Of a stretch of 64,000 bases of DNA, positions 1 through 12,335 are shown in pieces. Below the pieces are notes generated by a model. The model searched no databases. It saw only the letters and a list, made by a program, of their open reading frames with translations, and was not told the origin of the DNA. The stretch is taken from the NCBI RefSeq assembly GCF_036365525.1, contig NC_090394.1, positions 22,679,327 to 22,743,326 on the forward strand. The letters run 5' to 3'. Both the position numbers and the translations under genes were made by a program. The stretch's first letter is position 1. Each line of letters opens with the position of its first letter. This DNA is from Heterodontus francisci. Its lineage: Eukaryota.

Positions 1-895
1 GATCCCCTGCTTTTTGTGCTGTACATTAACGATTTGGGCGTAAACGTAGGGAGCATGATCAAGTTTGCGGACGACACAAAGATTGGCCGTGTGACAGATA
101 GCGAGGAGGATAGCTGTAGGAAGATATTGATGGTCTAGTCAGATGGGCAGAAAAGTGGCAAATGGAATTCAACTCAGAGAAGGAAGTAAGGGACCTTGGA
201 GGGAATGTCCACAGATCCCTAAAGGTAGCAGGACAGGTTGATAAGGTGGTTAAGAAGGCAGATGGAATCCTTTCCTTTATTACCCGAGGTATAGAATACA
301 AGAGCAGGGAGGTTATTCTGGAACTGTGTAATTCATTGGTTAGGCCACAACTTGAGAACCGTGTGCTGTTCTGGTCACCTCAATACAGTAATTGCACTAG
401 AGAGGGACAGCGGAGATTTATGAGGATGTTGCCAGGACTGGGTAAATGCAGCTATGAAGAAAGCTTGGATAGGCTGGGGTTGTTCTCCTTGGAACAGAGA
501 AGGCTGAGGGGAGATCAGTTTGAAATGTACAAAATTGTGAGGGGCCTGGATAGAGTGGAGGTGAAGGGTCTATTCACCTTAGTAGATAGGTCAGTGACGA
601 GGGGGCATAGATTTAAAGTGAATGGTAGAAAAATTAGAGGGGAGATGAGGAAAAACTTTTTCACCCAGAGGGTGGTGATGGTCTGGAACTCACTACCTGA
701 AAGGGTAGTTGAGGCAGAGACCCTCAACTCATTCAAAAGGAGTCTGGATATGCACCTCAAGTGCTGTAAGCTGCAGTACCACGGATCAAATGCTGAAAAG
801 TGGGATTAGAATAGGTGGATCGTTTTTCAGCTGGCACAGACACAATGGATCAAGTGGCCTCTTTCTGTGCCTTAAACTTTCTATAATTCTATGAT
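1..895 (+). mobile_element. CR1-type LINE, 3' part of ORF2 (RT C-terminus) plus 3' tail
   Basis: ORF 162-809 carries CR1 motifs (LVRPQLE, LGLFSLEQRRLRGD, TRGH, FFTQRVV..WNSLP); ends in a TTCTATGATTC-type tail. Confidence 0.9.
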
Positions 896-1820
896 TCCAT
901 AACTGATCACTTGCCTCAATCCATATAAAATTATCTAATCACACTTCATCTCATGATGATAACTTCTGAATGATTTTTCCCATCAACTCAAAAGATAATG
1001 AAGGAGTCCATTTAAAAGTATAGTTTAGCACTGGTGTCAACTAATTTGGATTTTGCACCAATGCTAAAACTGGGGTCTAAATCAAGATTAAGAGTCCAAC
1101 CTGACTCCTGAGAGAACAACTACTCAGAGGAGATAATCTCAGTGCTTCCATTTTACACTCTAATGCAATGGTAAAGCAGTTTTACATCTACACTTAAATC
1201 TACTTAAACTCAATTTAAACATTAAGGCGGCTGGGGTTCTTCCCTCCCACTTTCAAAACATCTACATTTAACAGCTGGGGAAGAACTCTGACAAGCTTGT
1301 ACCAGGCATGTGTACAGCTCTCTCTCTTGGTTAGACAAGGGCTAACCAGAGCTAACTCACTCAAACCCAAAATGCACCAATCAGCCGCAATGTGAATGCT
1401 GCCTCAATATCAATAATACTACTATCATTTAAACGCCACAAATCCTACACATATGCTGTTTTCACAGTTCCGACAGCACAAGTGTAACTGAAATCTTAGC
1501 GACCTCACACTATGAATACTCAGGAACTTGTGTGTGGGATGCTGACTTCATGAAATATCGCAATGTTTTAAGACACATGGCACCAGTTTAATAACGGTTT
1601 CAGTAATCACAGCTCCACGCCACCGTAACCAACATGGTGATAGCTTACAAGGGCCCCACATTCCTGGCCCATCAGAATCCAGTTTAAGAACATGGGGCTG
1701 CGCTTATCTTTCGCCCTGAGATGCATCGAGGTCAGGTTACACTTTTTAATCAGATGGTGGGGGGGAGAAGGCCTCATTCTGATAGTCTCTCCTCAGACCT
1801 GACAGCGGGATTTCACTCAC

Positions 1821-1852
1821 TTTGTCTTGAACTGTATTGAGCTGGCTGCCAT
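1821..1852 (-). CDS. TBL3: TBL3 (transducin beta-like 3 / UTP13) first coding exon; gene continues off the left edge
   Basis: Minus strand reads gacgATG GCA GCC AGC TCA ATA CAG TTC AAG ACA AA|gtgagt = MAASSIQFKT(N), resembling the TBL3 N-terminus (..FKTN) with a phase-2 donor. Strong Kozak context, CpG-rich surroundings, and synteny with RNF151/RPS2/NDUFB10. Confidence 0.8.
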
Positions 1853-1859
1853 CGTCCTG

Positions 1860-2030
1860 GTTCATTCCGCTTCGCTCTCGAGGCCAATTGCCCCGCTCCA
1901 CAAAGCGCCGTCTCCCAGCGACAACACGTTTCCAGCTCGCCACCGGGCACTTCCGGCGCTTTCTAATGACGTTGTAGGCGGGGCTCTCAATATGACGCAG
2001 CCTCATCCCCATAGCAACAGCACACAGCAA
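1860..2030. promoter_or_regulatory. CpG-rich TBL3 promoter, possibly bidirectional
   Basis: ETS/GABP site CACTTCCGG (~1948-1956), CRE-like TGACGT and TGACGCA, GC box GGCGGG, and an RFX X-box-like CCCCATAGCAAC (~2007-2018). Confidence 0.65.
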
Positions 2031-4129
2031 GTATTGGCCCACTTTAATCTGGGGTGAACATGGAAACGTAGGACCAAAAAGTGCTGCAAATATATCTTGG
2101 TTTCATTTCAGATTTCCACCATCTGCAGTATTTTGCTTTTATTATAGAAACATAGGACTTCGGAACAGGTATAGACTACTTGGCCCTTCGAGCCTGCTCC
2201 ACCATTCAATAAGATCATGGCTGATCTGGTTGTCATCTCAACTCCACCTTCCTGTCTGCCTCCACCTCCCCCCCCCCCCCCCCCCCCCCGTAATGCTTTG
2301 ACTCCCTTGTAGATCAAAAATCTGTCTAACTCAGCCTTGAATGACCTAACCGCCACTACTTTCTGGGGAAGAGAGAACAACCATCTGAGAGAGAAAAAAA
2401 ATTCCTTATAGAATCATAGAAAGTTTACAGCACAGAAAGAGGCCATTTGACCCATCATATCTGCACCAGCCTAAAATCAAGCCACCCAGTTTAATCCTAC
2501 CTTCCAGCATTTGGTCCGTAGCCCTGCAGGTAACAGCACTTTAGGTGCATGTCCAGACACCTTTTAAATGAGATGAGGTTTTCTGTCTTATCTACGTCTT
2601 AAAAGGAAGACTTGGAGATGGTGATGTTTTCCCTGTGGTTTGCAAATGTTTTTGCCTCTGTCACTGCCGGGCGGGTGTGTGGACCTGGAATTACAGCACA
2701 GGAGGAGGCCTTTTGGCCCAACAAGCCTATGCTAGCCCTTTCAAAGAGCTTTTCACTTAGTTTGACTCCTCTGCTCTTTCCCCATATGTCTGCAAAATGT
2801 TCCCTTTCAAAAGGGAATTGGATAAATACTTGAAGGGAATGCATTTCCAGAGCTATGGGGAAAGTATAGGGGAGTGGGACTAATGGATACTTTTTTCAAA
2901 GAGCCAGAACAGGTACGATGGGCCAATTGGCCTTCTGTTCTGTATCATTCTATGATTTTAAGTAGATGTTCAATTCCCTTTTGAACATTACTATTGAATC
3001 AGTTTCCCTTTCAGCCAATAACAATCCACATAAAACAACTCATTGCTTAAAAAACATCCTCCTCATCTTGCCTCTGGTTTTTTTGTCAATTAGATTAATT
3101 CTGTGTCCTCTAATTGCAAACCCTCCTGCCAGTGAAAACTGTTTTCCTTATTTACTCGATCAAACACCTCATAACATGGAAAATCATTCTTGATCCAGTG
3201 TTCTAGGCTTGTCTCAATGGTTCATAAACCTCTCATAGCATGTGGAGACTATTGCAAAGGGAATGGACAGGAGGTTTCAGTCAGTCCTCCTGACAGCAGC
3301 TTATATTGAGTTGTGGGAGAAAAAAATTGCAAACCAATGAAGCAAGAAGTCTTGTATGTGCAAACCATCCCTTTAAACAGCAGCAGCTTCACCTTAAAAC
3401 TTTATAGCACATACTCATTCAGTATTTTAAGTTACATCCAAACATGTGTCCATACCCATCTTTTGACAACTCCTAAATACAATAATAAAACAAACCTCAA
3501 GTTTTAGCCATTTAGCTTTTCAGACCTGTTCAGCCATTCAGTTAGATCATGGCTGATCTATACATCGTCTCACAAAATGCAGACAGTTGATTGTGCTGTC
3601 GCCCATCCTCTTTCAGCTTTCCTTTGCCATTTTTAACTATTTTGCTTCATGTATGAACACATCAATCCATGCTGATAGAAAGCAGTAATTTCTTAAAAGG
3701 TACCTTTACATTTTGTCTGTCAGTTTCAGCACACAAACAAAGCACAGTAACTTTGGTTAACTTAACTTCTCTTTTGGTGTCTTGATCACAAGCTGGCGAG
3801 GGCAAATATGAGGGCATGAAAGCAGTAAACTGCCAAAATAGGTTAAGGGATAGGTCAATAGAGATGCAGTGGCAGACATTTAAGGGAATATTTCAGAATA
3901 CACAGAATAGATACATTCCAACGAGAAAGAAAAATTCCGGGGGTGGGGGGGACCCGCCATCCATGGTTAACTAAAACATTTAAAGATAGTATCAAACTTA
4001 AACAAAAAGCATGTAATTGTGAAAAGATGGGTGGCAGGTCAGAAGTTGGGCTAGAATATAAAAAACAGCAAAGAATGACTAAAAGATTGATAAGGAAGGT
4101 AAAATTAGAGTACAAGAGGTCACAAGGTC

Positions 4130-5662
4130 ATAAGAACTAGGAGCAGGAGTAGGCAATTCAGCCCCTCGAGCCTGCTCCGTCATTCAATACGATCATGGCT
4201 GATCTCATCTCAGCCTCAACTCCACTTTCCTGCCCATTCTCCATAACCCTTCAACCCATCACTAATTAAAAATCTGTCTAGCTCCTCCTTAAATTTACTC
4301 AATGTCCCGGTATCCACCACACTCTGGGGTAGTGAATTCCACAGACTCACGACCCTTTGAGAGAAGTAATTTCTCCTCATCTCTGATTTAAATCTGCTAC
4401 CCCTTATCCTAAATCTATGACCTCTCGTTCCAGATTGTCCCACCAGAGGAAACATCATCTCTATGTCTACTTTGTCAATCCCCTTAATCATCTTATATAC
4501 CTCAATTAGAACGCTCATTCTTCTAAATTCTAGAGAGTAAAGGCCTAAAATGCTCAATCTCTCTTCATAAGACAAATCCCTCATCCCTGGAATCAATGTA
4601 GTGAACCTCCTCTGAACTGCCTCCAATGCAACTACATCCCTGCTCAAGTAAGGGGACCAAAACTGTACGCAATACTCCAGGTGCGGTCTCACTAATGCCT
4701 TGTACAATTGCAGCAACACTTCCCTACTTATATATTCTATTCCTTTAGCAATAAATGCCAAAATTCCATTTGCCTTCCTTATTACCTGCTGCACCTGCAA
4801 ACTAGTTTTCTGCAATTTGTGCACGAGGACACCCAGGTCCCTCCGCACGAAAGCACTCTGAAGTTTCCTCCATTTAGATAATAATTTGCCTTTCTATTCT
4901 TCTGACCAAAATGGATAACCTCACACTTATCCACGTTAAACTCCATCTGCCAAATTTTGGCCCATTCACCTAACCTATTCATATCCATTTGTAAATTTCT
5001 TATTTCTTTATTGCAACTTACTTTCCCACCTATTTTAGTATCATCTGCAAATTTGGCTATAGTATCTTCTATCCCTGCATCCAAGTCATTATATAGATTG
5101 TAAATAGTTGGGGCCCAACGACCGAACCCTGTGGCACCCCACTAATTACATCTTGCCAACCAGAAAAAGACCCATTTATCCCGACTCTCTGTTTTCTGTT
5201 GGTTAGCCAATCCTCTATCCAAGCTAATAAATTGCCCCTAACCCCATGTGATCTTACCTTGTGTATTAACCTTTTGTGTGGCACCTTATCAAATGCCTTC
5301 TGGAAGTCCAGATATACAATATCTACAGGATCCCCATTATCCACTTTACTTGTTACATCTTCAAAGAACTCTAGCAAATTAGTCAAACACGATTTACCCT
5401 TCATAAAACCATGCTGACTCTGATGGATTGCGTTTTGACTTTCTAAATGTCCTGTTATTACTTCCTTAATAATGGATTGTAACAATTTCACAACGCCAGA
5501 TATTAAACTAACTGGTCTATACTTTCCTACTTTCTGCTTCTCTCCTTTTTTGAATAAGGGCATTATATAAGCATTTTTCCAATACACTGGAACCTTTCCC
5601 ACATCCAGGGATTTTTGGAATATTACAACTAATGGATCCACTATCTCCATTGCCACTTCCTT
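4130..5662 (-). mobile_element. CR1-type LINE ORF2 (RT) with frameshifts, 5'-truncated
   Basis: ORFs 5069-5704, 4782-5084 and 4216-4848 give YRPVSL, QHGF..KSCLTNL, YLDFQKAFDKVPH, GVPQGSV, KFADDTK, LEYCVQFW. Confidence 0.92.
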
Positions 5663-6640
5663 GTGAAGAAGACATACTGGTCTCTGCATTTTGGAGCAGA
5701 ACAATAAATTATTGAATTAAGTTCAGATAAATTTAACAGACATTCTGGAGAAAAGCAGGCTGTAAGGTATGAACTACCAGGTTGTGGCCTCAAGCGGGCT
5801 TTAAAGAGGGAACCATCACTTTGTGGCCTCAACCAGGCCATAAGAAGGGGCCCATTGGGGTGCAGCCTGAAAGCAAGCTGTAAGAGAAGACACCAAGTGG
5901 TGGCAGTTAGAGAGAGAGAGGGAACACCTGCCCTCTGAAGATATACAGCAAATGGATGTGGAGCAAAAACAAGAAATGCTGGATTCACTCAGCAGGTCTG
6001 GCAGCATCTGTGGAAAGAGAAGCAGAGTTAACGTTTCGGGTCAGTGACCCTTCTTCGGAACTGACAAATATTAGAAAAGTCACAGATTATAAACAAGTGA
6101 GGTGGGGGTTGGGCAAGAGATAACAAAGGAGAAGGTGCAGATTGGACCAGGCCACATAGCTGACCAAAAGGTCACGGAGCAAAGGCAAACAATATGTTAA
6201 TGGTGTGTTGAAAGACAAAGCATTAGTACAGATTAGGTGTGAATATACTGAATATTGAACATCAGCAAGTGCAAACCTGAAGAAAAACAACCTGAAAAAA
6301 ACAGTGGGTAAGCAAACTGAACAAACTAAGAAGAAATGAAATAAATGCAAAAAAAATTGTAAAAAATGTAAAAAGGAATGCAAAAAAAAAAGGAAGAAAA
6401 AATAACTAAAAATGAAAGTAAAGTGGGGGGCTGTCATGCTCTGAAATTATTGAACTCAATGTTCAGTCCGGCAGGCTGTAGTGTGCCTAATCGGTAGATG
6501 AGATGCTGTTCCTCGAGCTTGCGTTGATGTTCACTGGAACACTGCAGCAATCCCAGGACAGAGATGTGAGCATGAGAGCAGGGGGGAATGTTGAAATGGC
6601 AAGCAACCGGAAGCTCAGGGTCCTGCTTGCGGACTGAGCT

Positions 6641-7600
6641 GACACTTCCCTTCCCTTCCTCGACTTCTCTGTCTCCATCTCTGGGGATAGGTTGTCTACC
6701 AATATCCATTATAAGCCCACTGACTCCCACAGCTACCTCGACTACACTTCTTCACACCCTACCTCCTGTAAGGACTCCATTCCATTCTCTCAGTTTCTCC
6801 GTCTCCGACGCATCTGCTCTGATGATGCTACCTTCCATGACGGTGCTTCTGATATGACCTCCTTTTTCCTCAACCAAGGATTTCCCCCCACTGTGGTTGA
6901 CAGGGCCCTCAACCGTGTCCGACCCATTCCCCGCACCTCTACCCTCACCCCTTCCCCTCCCTCCCAGAACCGTGACAGGGTTCCCCTTGTCCTCACTTTT
7001 CATCCCACCAGCCTCCATATCCAAAGGATCATCCTCCGCCATTTTCGCCACCTCCAGCGTGATGCCACTACCAGTCGCATCTTCCCCTCCCTTCCCCTGT
7101 CAGCATTCCGAAGGGATCGTTCCCTCCGCGACACCCTGGTCCACTCCTCCATTACCCCCACCACCTCGTCCCCGTCCCAGGGCACCTTCCCTTGCAATCG
7201 CAGGAGGTGTAATACCTGCCCATTTACCTCCTCTCTCCTCACTATCCCAGGCCCCAAACACTCCTTTCAGGTGAAGCAGCGATTTACTTGTACTTCTTTC
7301 AATGTAGTATACTGTATTCGCTGCTCACAGTGTGGTCTCCTCTACATTGGGGAGACCAAGCGCAGACTGGGTGACCGCTTTGCGGAACATCTCCGCTCAG
7401 TCCGCAAGCAGGACCCTGAGCTTCTGGTTGCTTGCCATTTCAACACTCCCCCCTGCTCTCATGCTCACATCTCTGTCCTGGGATTGCTGCAGTGTTCCAG
7501 TGAACATCAACGCAAGCTCGAGGAACAGCATCTCATCTACCGATTAGGCACACTACAGCCTGCCGGACTGAACATTGAGTTCAATAATTTCAGAGCATGA
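6641..7600 (+). CDS. PLE polyprotein C-terminal part: RT thumb, Cys-rich linker, GIY-YIG endonuclease (truncated, no native start)
   Basis: Uninterrupted frame: LPFLD, HYKPTDSHSYLDYTSSHP, SIPFSQFLRLRRICS, CNRRRCNTC, VVYCIRC..C..LYIGETKRRLGDRFAEH, EQHLIYRLGTLQPAGLN. Confidence 0.9.
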   Translation, partial: DTSLPFLDFSVSISGDRLSTNIHYKPTDSHSYLDYTSSHPTSCKDSIPFSQFLRLRRICSDDATFHDGASDMTSFFLNQGFPPTVVDRALNRVRPIPRTSTLTPSPPSQNRDRVPLVLTFHPTSLHIQRIILRHFRHLQRDATTSRIFPSLPLSAFRRDRSLRDTLVHSSITPTTSSPSQGTFPCNRRRCNTCPFTSSLLTIPGPKHSFQVKQRFTCTSFNVVYCIRCSQCGLLYIGETKRRLGDRFAEHLRSVRKQDPELLVACHFNTPPCSHAHISVLGLLQCSSEHQRKLEEQHLIYRLGTLQPAGLNIEFNNFRA

Positions 7601-7971
7601 CAGCCCCCCATTTTACTTTCATTTTTAGTTATTTTTTCTTCCTTTTTTTTTACATTCCTTTTTACATTTTTTACAATCTTTTTTTGCATTTATTTCATTT
7701 CATCTTAGTTTGTTCAGTTTGCTTACCCACTGTTTTTTTCAGGTTGTTTTTCTTCAGGTTTGCACTTGCTGATGTTCAATATTCAGTATATTCACACCTA
7801 ATCTGTACTAATGCTTTGTCTTTCAACACACCATTAACATATTGTTTGCCTTTGCTCCGTGACCTTTTGGTCAGCTATGTGGCCTGGTCCAATCTGCACC
7901 TTCTCCTTTGTTATCTCTTGCCCAACCCCCACCTCACTTGTTTATAATCTGTGACTTTTCTAATATTTGTC

Positions 7972-8008
7972 AGTTCCGAAGAAGGGTCACTGACCCGAAA
8001 CGTTAACT
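7972..8008 (+). ncRNA. Minimal type I hammerhead ribozyme-like motif in the PLE 3' region (mirror copy at 6026-6062, - strand)
   Basis: AGTT-CCGAAGA-A-GGGTCA.C.TGACCC-GAAA-CGTT-AACT: stem I AGTT/AACT, core variant of CUGANGA, stem II, GAAA, palindromic ACGT stem III. Confidence 0.65.
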
Positions 8009-8770
8009 CTGCTTCTCTTTCCACAGATGCTGCCAGACCTGCTGAGTGAATCCAGCATTTCTTGTTTTTGTTTCAGATTTCCAGCATCCGCAGTATTTTG
8101 CTTTTATAAAAGGATGTGGAGATTTGAACCAAAGCTTGCAGAGGAGTGAAGGGTCCACAGGATCACCAGAAATCACACTATCTACGGGTGTCCAGGTTGG
8201 AAGTGCTCGGAGAAGGGAGCAAAGAAAATATTGATTTTTGAAAAGTCTGGGAGATCCAATCGCAACCGGGAGGAGTTTGGGACTTTTTAACCCCAAAGGA
8301 TTTCATCATCAAAAAAGACGGTGTCATGTTTAAGTGTGGTGTGAAATTGTCAAGTGTTGAATAAGTAAAGAAAATACCTTTGTTTGTAATTTAAGGTATC
8401 AGCTACTTACACTGTACTATTTAGTTAATTGGGGATTTCTTTTAGTTTAGTTATAATAAAAGACTTAAAACGTGAAATGTTGTTGAGTAATTTGTTAAAT
8501 TGGTCGGGGGGTTCATAACTTGTATTTTTTTCATGTTAACGATCTTTCTGAGGTTGTAAACAGTCCCCATGAAGCACTGTGATTGCAATGTCTGAATCCT
8601 TAAAGTATAGAGCATGCTTCATGGTCAGTCATAACTTCTGACAAATATCTTAACAATGAGTTAGATTCATGGATGCTGAAGATACAGTGAGCTGTGGTCA
8701 CCTTATGAGTGGAGATATTTATCACAACTCAAGACTGAAAATATTATACAATCCTATTCACTTATGACAA

Positions 8771-9092
8771 CATAGAGTCATAGAGAGATACAGCACTGAA
8801 ACAGGCCCTTTGGCCCACTGAGTCTGTGCTGACCATCAACCACCCATTTATACTAATCCTACATTAATCCCATATTCCCTACCACATCCCCACATTTCTC
8901 CTACCACCTACCTACACTAGGGGCAATTTACAATGGCCAATTTACCTATCAACCTGCAAGTCTTTGGCTGTGGGAGGAAACCAGAGCACCTGGTGGAAAC
9001 CCATGTGGTTACAGGGAGAACTTGCAAACTCCACACAGGCAGTACCCAGAACTGAACCTGGGTTGCTGGAGCTCTGAGGCTGTGGTGCTAAC
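8771..9092 (-). mobile_element. tRNA-derived HE1/V-SINE-like SINE with CR1-type tail
   Basis: Reverse complement of the SINE at 50972-51324. Confidence 0.85.
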
Positions 9093-9251
9093 ATATGGGG
9101 GACCATTCTGATCTGTCAAAGTAAGCAGTTGTTGACAAGTGGATGATACAGATATTGGGATGTTTTGTCAATTAGAAATCATTAATGTACCATATAAAAT
9201 AAATATTAATTATCTATAATGTATAAATGTAATCAAATGAAAGAAGAAAGA

Positions 9252-10181
9252 AAGACTTGCATTTATATAGTGTCTTTCATGACCACAGGACACCCTAAAG
9301 TGCTTTGCTGGCAATGAAGTACTTTTGAAGCATAGTCACTGTTGTAATGTAGGAAATATGGCATCCAATTTGTGCACAGAAAACCCCACAAACAGAATTG
9401 GAATAAACAACCAGATTTGTTTTAGGTGTTGGTTGAGGGATAAAAGTTGGTCAGGGACACCATGAAAACACCCCTGCTATTTTTTGAATAATTCTGTGGG
9501 ATCTCTTGCGTCTACCTGAGATGGTGGTTTAAAGTTTTGTCCAAAAGGTGGCACCTCTGACAGTGCAACAATCCCTCAGTACCACACTGAATTGCCAGCC
9601 TAGATTTTTGTGCTACAGCCTCTGGAGTGGATTAAGGCCACAATCTTCTGACTCAGAGGCAAGAGTCCTACATCTGAGCTACTGTTGATAATAATAAATG
9701 CAAATATCATTATATATAAATACATATGCGAGTATAATAATAAAAATGAATTAAATTTTATAAATAGCATTTCTAATTTAAAATTTCTGTACCATTTATT
9801 TGCATGGATTTTCCTTAATTTATTTTAAATATAATTATTTGAGAGCAGACCCATTTCAAGGTGCCGTATTTTGAATGAAATGTTAAACCGAGGCCCCGTC
9901 TTCCTGCTCCGGTGGATGTTAAAGATCCCAAGACACTATTTCAAAGAAGAGCAGGGAAGTTATCCCTGGTGTCCTGGCCAATATTTATCCCTCAATCAAC
10001 ATCACAAAAACAGATTATCTGGTCATTATCACATTGCTGTTTGTGGAAGCTTGCTGTTCACAAATTAGCTGCTATGTTTCCTACATTACAACAGTGACTA
10101 CACTTCAAAAGTACTTCAGTGGCTGTATAGCACTTTGAGTCATCCAGTGGTCGTGAAAAGCGCTATATAAATTCAAGTCTT
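9252..10181. mobile_element. Two ancient Deu-domain-like SINE copies (9252-9686 minus; ~9870-10181 plus)
   Basis: Shared core (ACATTACAACAGTGACTACACTTCAAAAGTACTTCA) and TATATAAATGCAAGT-type tail; also seen at ~32480-32799, ~54540-55215 and ~62218-62966. Confidence 0.6.
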
Positions 10182-10740
10182 TTTTTTAATAAGCTTTATT
10201 GCTTCCTTGATATGTGTCACACTCTTGTCAGGTGTCAATGTCATGATAAAGCCCTGTTGATACGTTGGGTAATAAAAGAAGGCTTTAAATAGTGTTAGGG
10301 AGTTTAAAAAAAACTGTTGAACTAAGCACGCCGGTGTTTATGGTGATGACATTCATTGTAAGTATTTGGTACTAATGTGCAGAGAGGGACTACCACTTCA
10401 CTTTCTGTCAATACAAGCGGCGTGTCGACATAAATGAGTTTGGCATAAGGGGATAGGACTATATTCTATTTGCAGTGCTATACACAGGATTCAAAAATTA
10501 ATGGCAGTTTTGCAGAAGTTGAAGTTGTTTTGTGGTGCAGCTTTGTCCTTGTGTTATCGCATTGTTTGGAACAATGATTTTTATTTTAAGTGTGCTGCTA
10601 TTATGAAGTGATATAGAGTGGTAGTGTCTGAATGCTGTATTAAGCACCCTCCTTTACAGCACACCATAAGAGATACACCATAGAAGTAGAAGAAATTTTG
10701 AAAGTAATTCTTTTCTATTACAAAGTATGATACAAAGATG

Positions 10741-11285
10741 ACAGCTGGAGTACTGTGTACGGTTCTGGTCGCCACACTATAGGAAGGATGTGATTGCACT
10801 GGAGAGGGTGCAGAGGAGATTCACCAGGATGTTGCCTGAGCTGGAGCATTTCAGCTATGAAGAGAGACTGGATAGGCTAGGGCTGTTTTCTTTAGAGCAG
10901 AGCAGGCTGACGGCGGACCTGATTGAGGTATCCAAAAATTATGAGGGGCGTAGATGGGAAGAAACTTTTTCCCTTTGTGGAGGTGTCAATAACCAGGGGG
11001 CATAGGTTTAAGATATGGGACAGGATGTTTAGAGGGAATTTGAGAAAAATAATTTCACCCAGAGGGTGGTTGGAATCTGGAATGCACTGTCTGAGGAGGT
11101 GGTAGAGGCAGGAACCCTCACAACATTTAAAAAGTATTTAGATGAGCACTTGAAATGCCATAGCATACCAGGTTACAGGCCAAGTGCTGGAAAATGGGAT
11201 TAGAATAGATAGGTGCTTGATGGCCGGCCCAGACACGGTGGGGCAAAGGGTTGTTTCTGTGCTGTATAACTCTACGACTCTATGA
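10741..11285 (+). mobile_element. CR1 LINE 3' fragment
   Basis: ALERVQRRFTRMLPELEHFSYEERLDRLGLFSL; tail ACTCTACGACTCTATGAC. Confidence 0.88.
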
Positions 11286-12308
11286 CAAACGTAAAGAATT
11301 TTTGTCCAAGCATGATATATATGTGAGCTCCAAAACATGTTAGTGGTTTCTTATTGGATTTTATTATTTGGGAGTTTACCAGACTGAAATTCTTTTAAAT
11401 GATGAGATCTGTGTAATAACATTATGTTTAATTGCGAAGGGCTTTTACATTCAGAAAAAAAATCATTGGATGGTTCTGTATTAAAAATAAGAGTTTTTTG
11501 TCTTCAGTACAAATAGCTCTTTAACTGGTTGAAAGGATCTAATTGAATGGCAGAACAGGCTCGAGGGGCTGAATGGCCTCCTCCTGTTCCTATGTTCCTA
11601 AGAAGGCAAGGACCAGGGGACACAGGGTTTGGGCAAAAGATGCAGGGGGAATATGAGAAGAGCTTTTTTATACAGTGAGTGGTAATGACCTGGAAGTTGC
11701 TGCCCACAGTGTGGTGGAAGCAGAGACAATTAATGACTTCAAAAGGAAATTGGATGGCCTCTTGCAGGAAATAAACTTGCAGGGCTACTGGGATCGAGGG
11801 AATGGGACTGTACTGGGTTGCTCCATGGAGAGCTGGCATGGACTTGATGGTCCGAATGGCCTCTTTCTGTCCCATAAATGACATTATATAGTAATTTTAA
11901 ATGAGATGCCTTTAAAAGAAACAGTGCCTTTCACTGTAGTATGTTTCCAGTGCAATCCATCACAGTTCGGTGCATTGACTGCGGGCCCATTCAATCAGCT
12001 CTTTAGAATCCAATTCCATTCACTCGCTATCATTTCAGTGCACTCCATGGGCTTCTATATTGTGTTTACTTTTATATAGAGTACAAAACCAAAATCCTCC
12101 AGACCAGCATCACAACAGACGATAGTCAAGTGTCCGGAGACAGAGCTTTGCTGCTTTCCTGGGAGGTATTTTGTCAGAAAGGCGTCGAGGCGTAGGTCAA
12201 CCAGAAAGCTGGAGATGTGATTGGAGGTTGGGGGGGTGACGATCTGATTGGGCAGAAGGAGGATACATTTCTAGTAGATTGATACACGGTGGATGAGCCT
12301 AGAGCGGT

Positions 12309-12335
12309 ATGGAGTGGAGTGAGGAAGCAGTGCAG
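12309..12335 (+). CDS. Candidate first coding exon of the RNF151-like gene (MEWSEEAVQ)
   Basis: cggtATGG Kozak context; 27 nt ending CAG|gtacaa, phase 0, which fits the exon at 28657. Upstream are two ATTGG (CCAAT) boxes at 12220 and 12247 and TGACG at 12237 in a CpG-enriched patch. Unverified. Confidence 0.3.

Larger units (their letters stand above)
5964..8107 (+). mobile_element. Young Penelope-like element (PLE, Neptune-like), 5'-truncated, with an inverted copy of its 3' region (inverted pseudo-LTR)
   Basis: 5964-6639 is the reverse complement of 7395-8070 with only a handful of mismatches. Flanking direct repeat GGATGTGGAG at 5954-5963 and 8112-8121 (TSD). Contains a GIY-YIG ORF. Confidence 0.93.
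5662..8562 (+). mobile_element. Possible solo LTR split by the Penelope-like insertion (5662-5963 plus 8108-8562)
   Basis: Begins TGTGA and ends TGTAAACA, with AATAAA near 8455; no convincing TSD found. Confidence 0.3.

Noticed and set aside
1746-2042. 98-aa minus-strand ORF over the TBL3 promoter
   Set aside because: Wrong frame; the TBL3-like peptide MAASSIQFKT is in another frame and ends at a splice donor.
6087-6437. Phe-rich 116-aa ORFs (also 7597-7947) resembling membrane proteins
   Set aside because: Translation of the T-rich PLE 3'UTR, duplicated only because of the inverted arm.
8669-8686. Alternative phase-0 mini exon MDAEDT|gtgagc as the RNF151 start
   Set aside because: Weak acceptor and no promoter features nearby; cannot be distinguished from chance.
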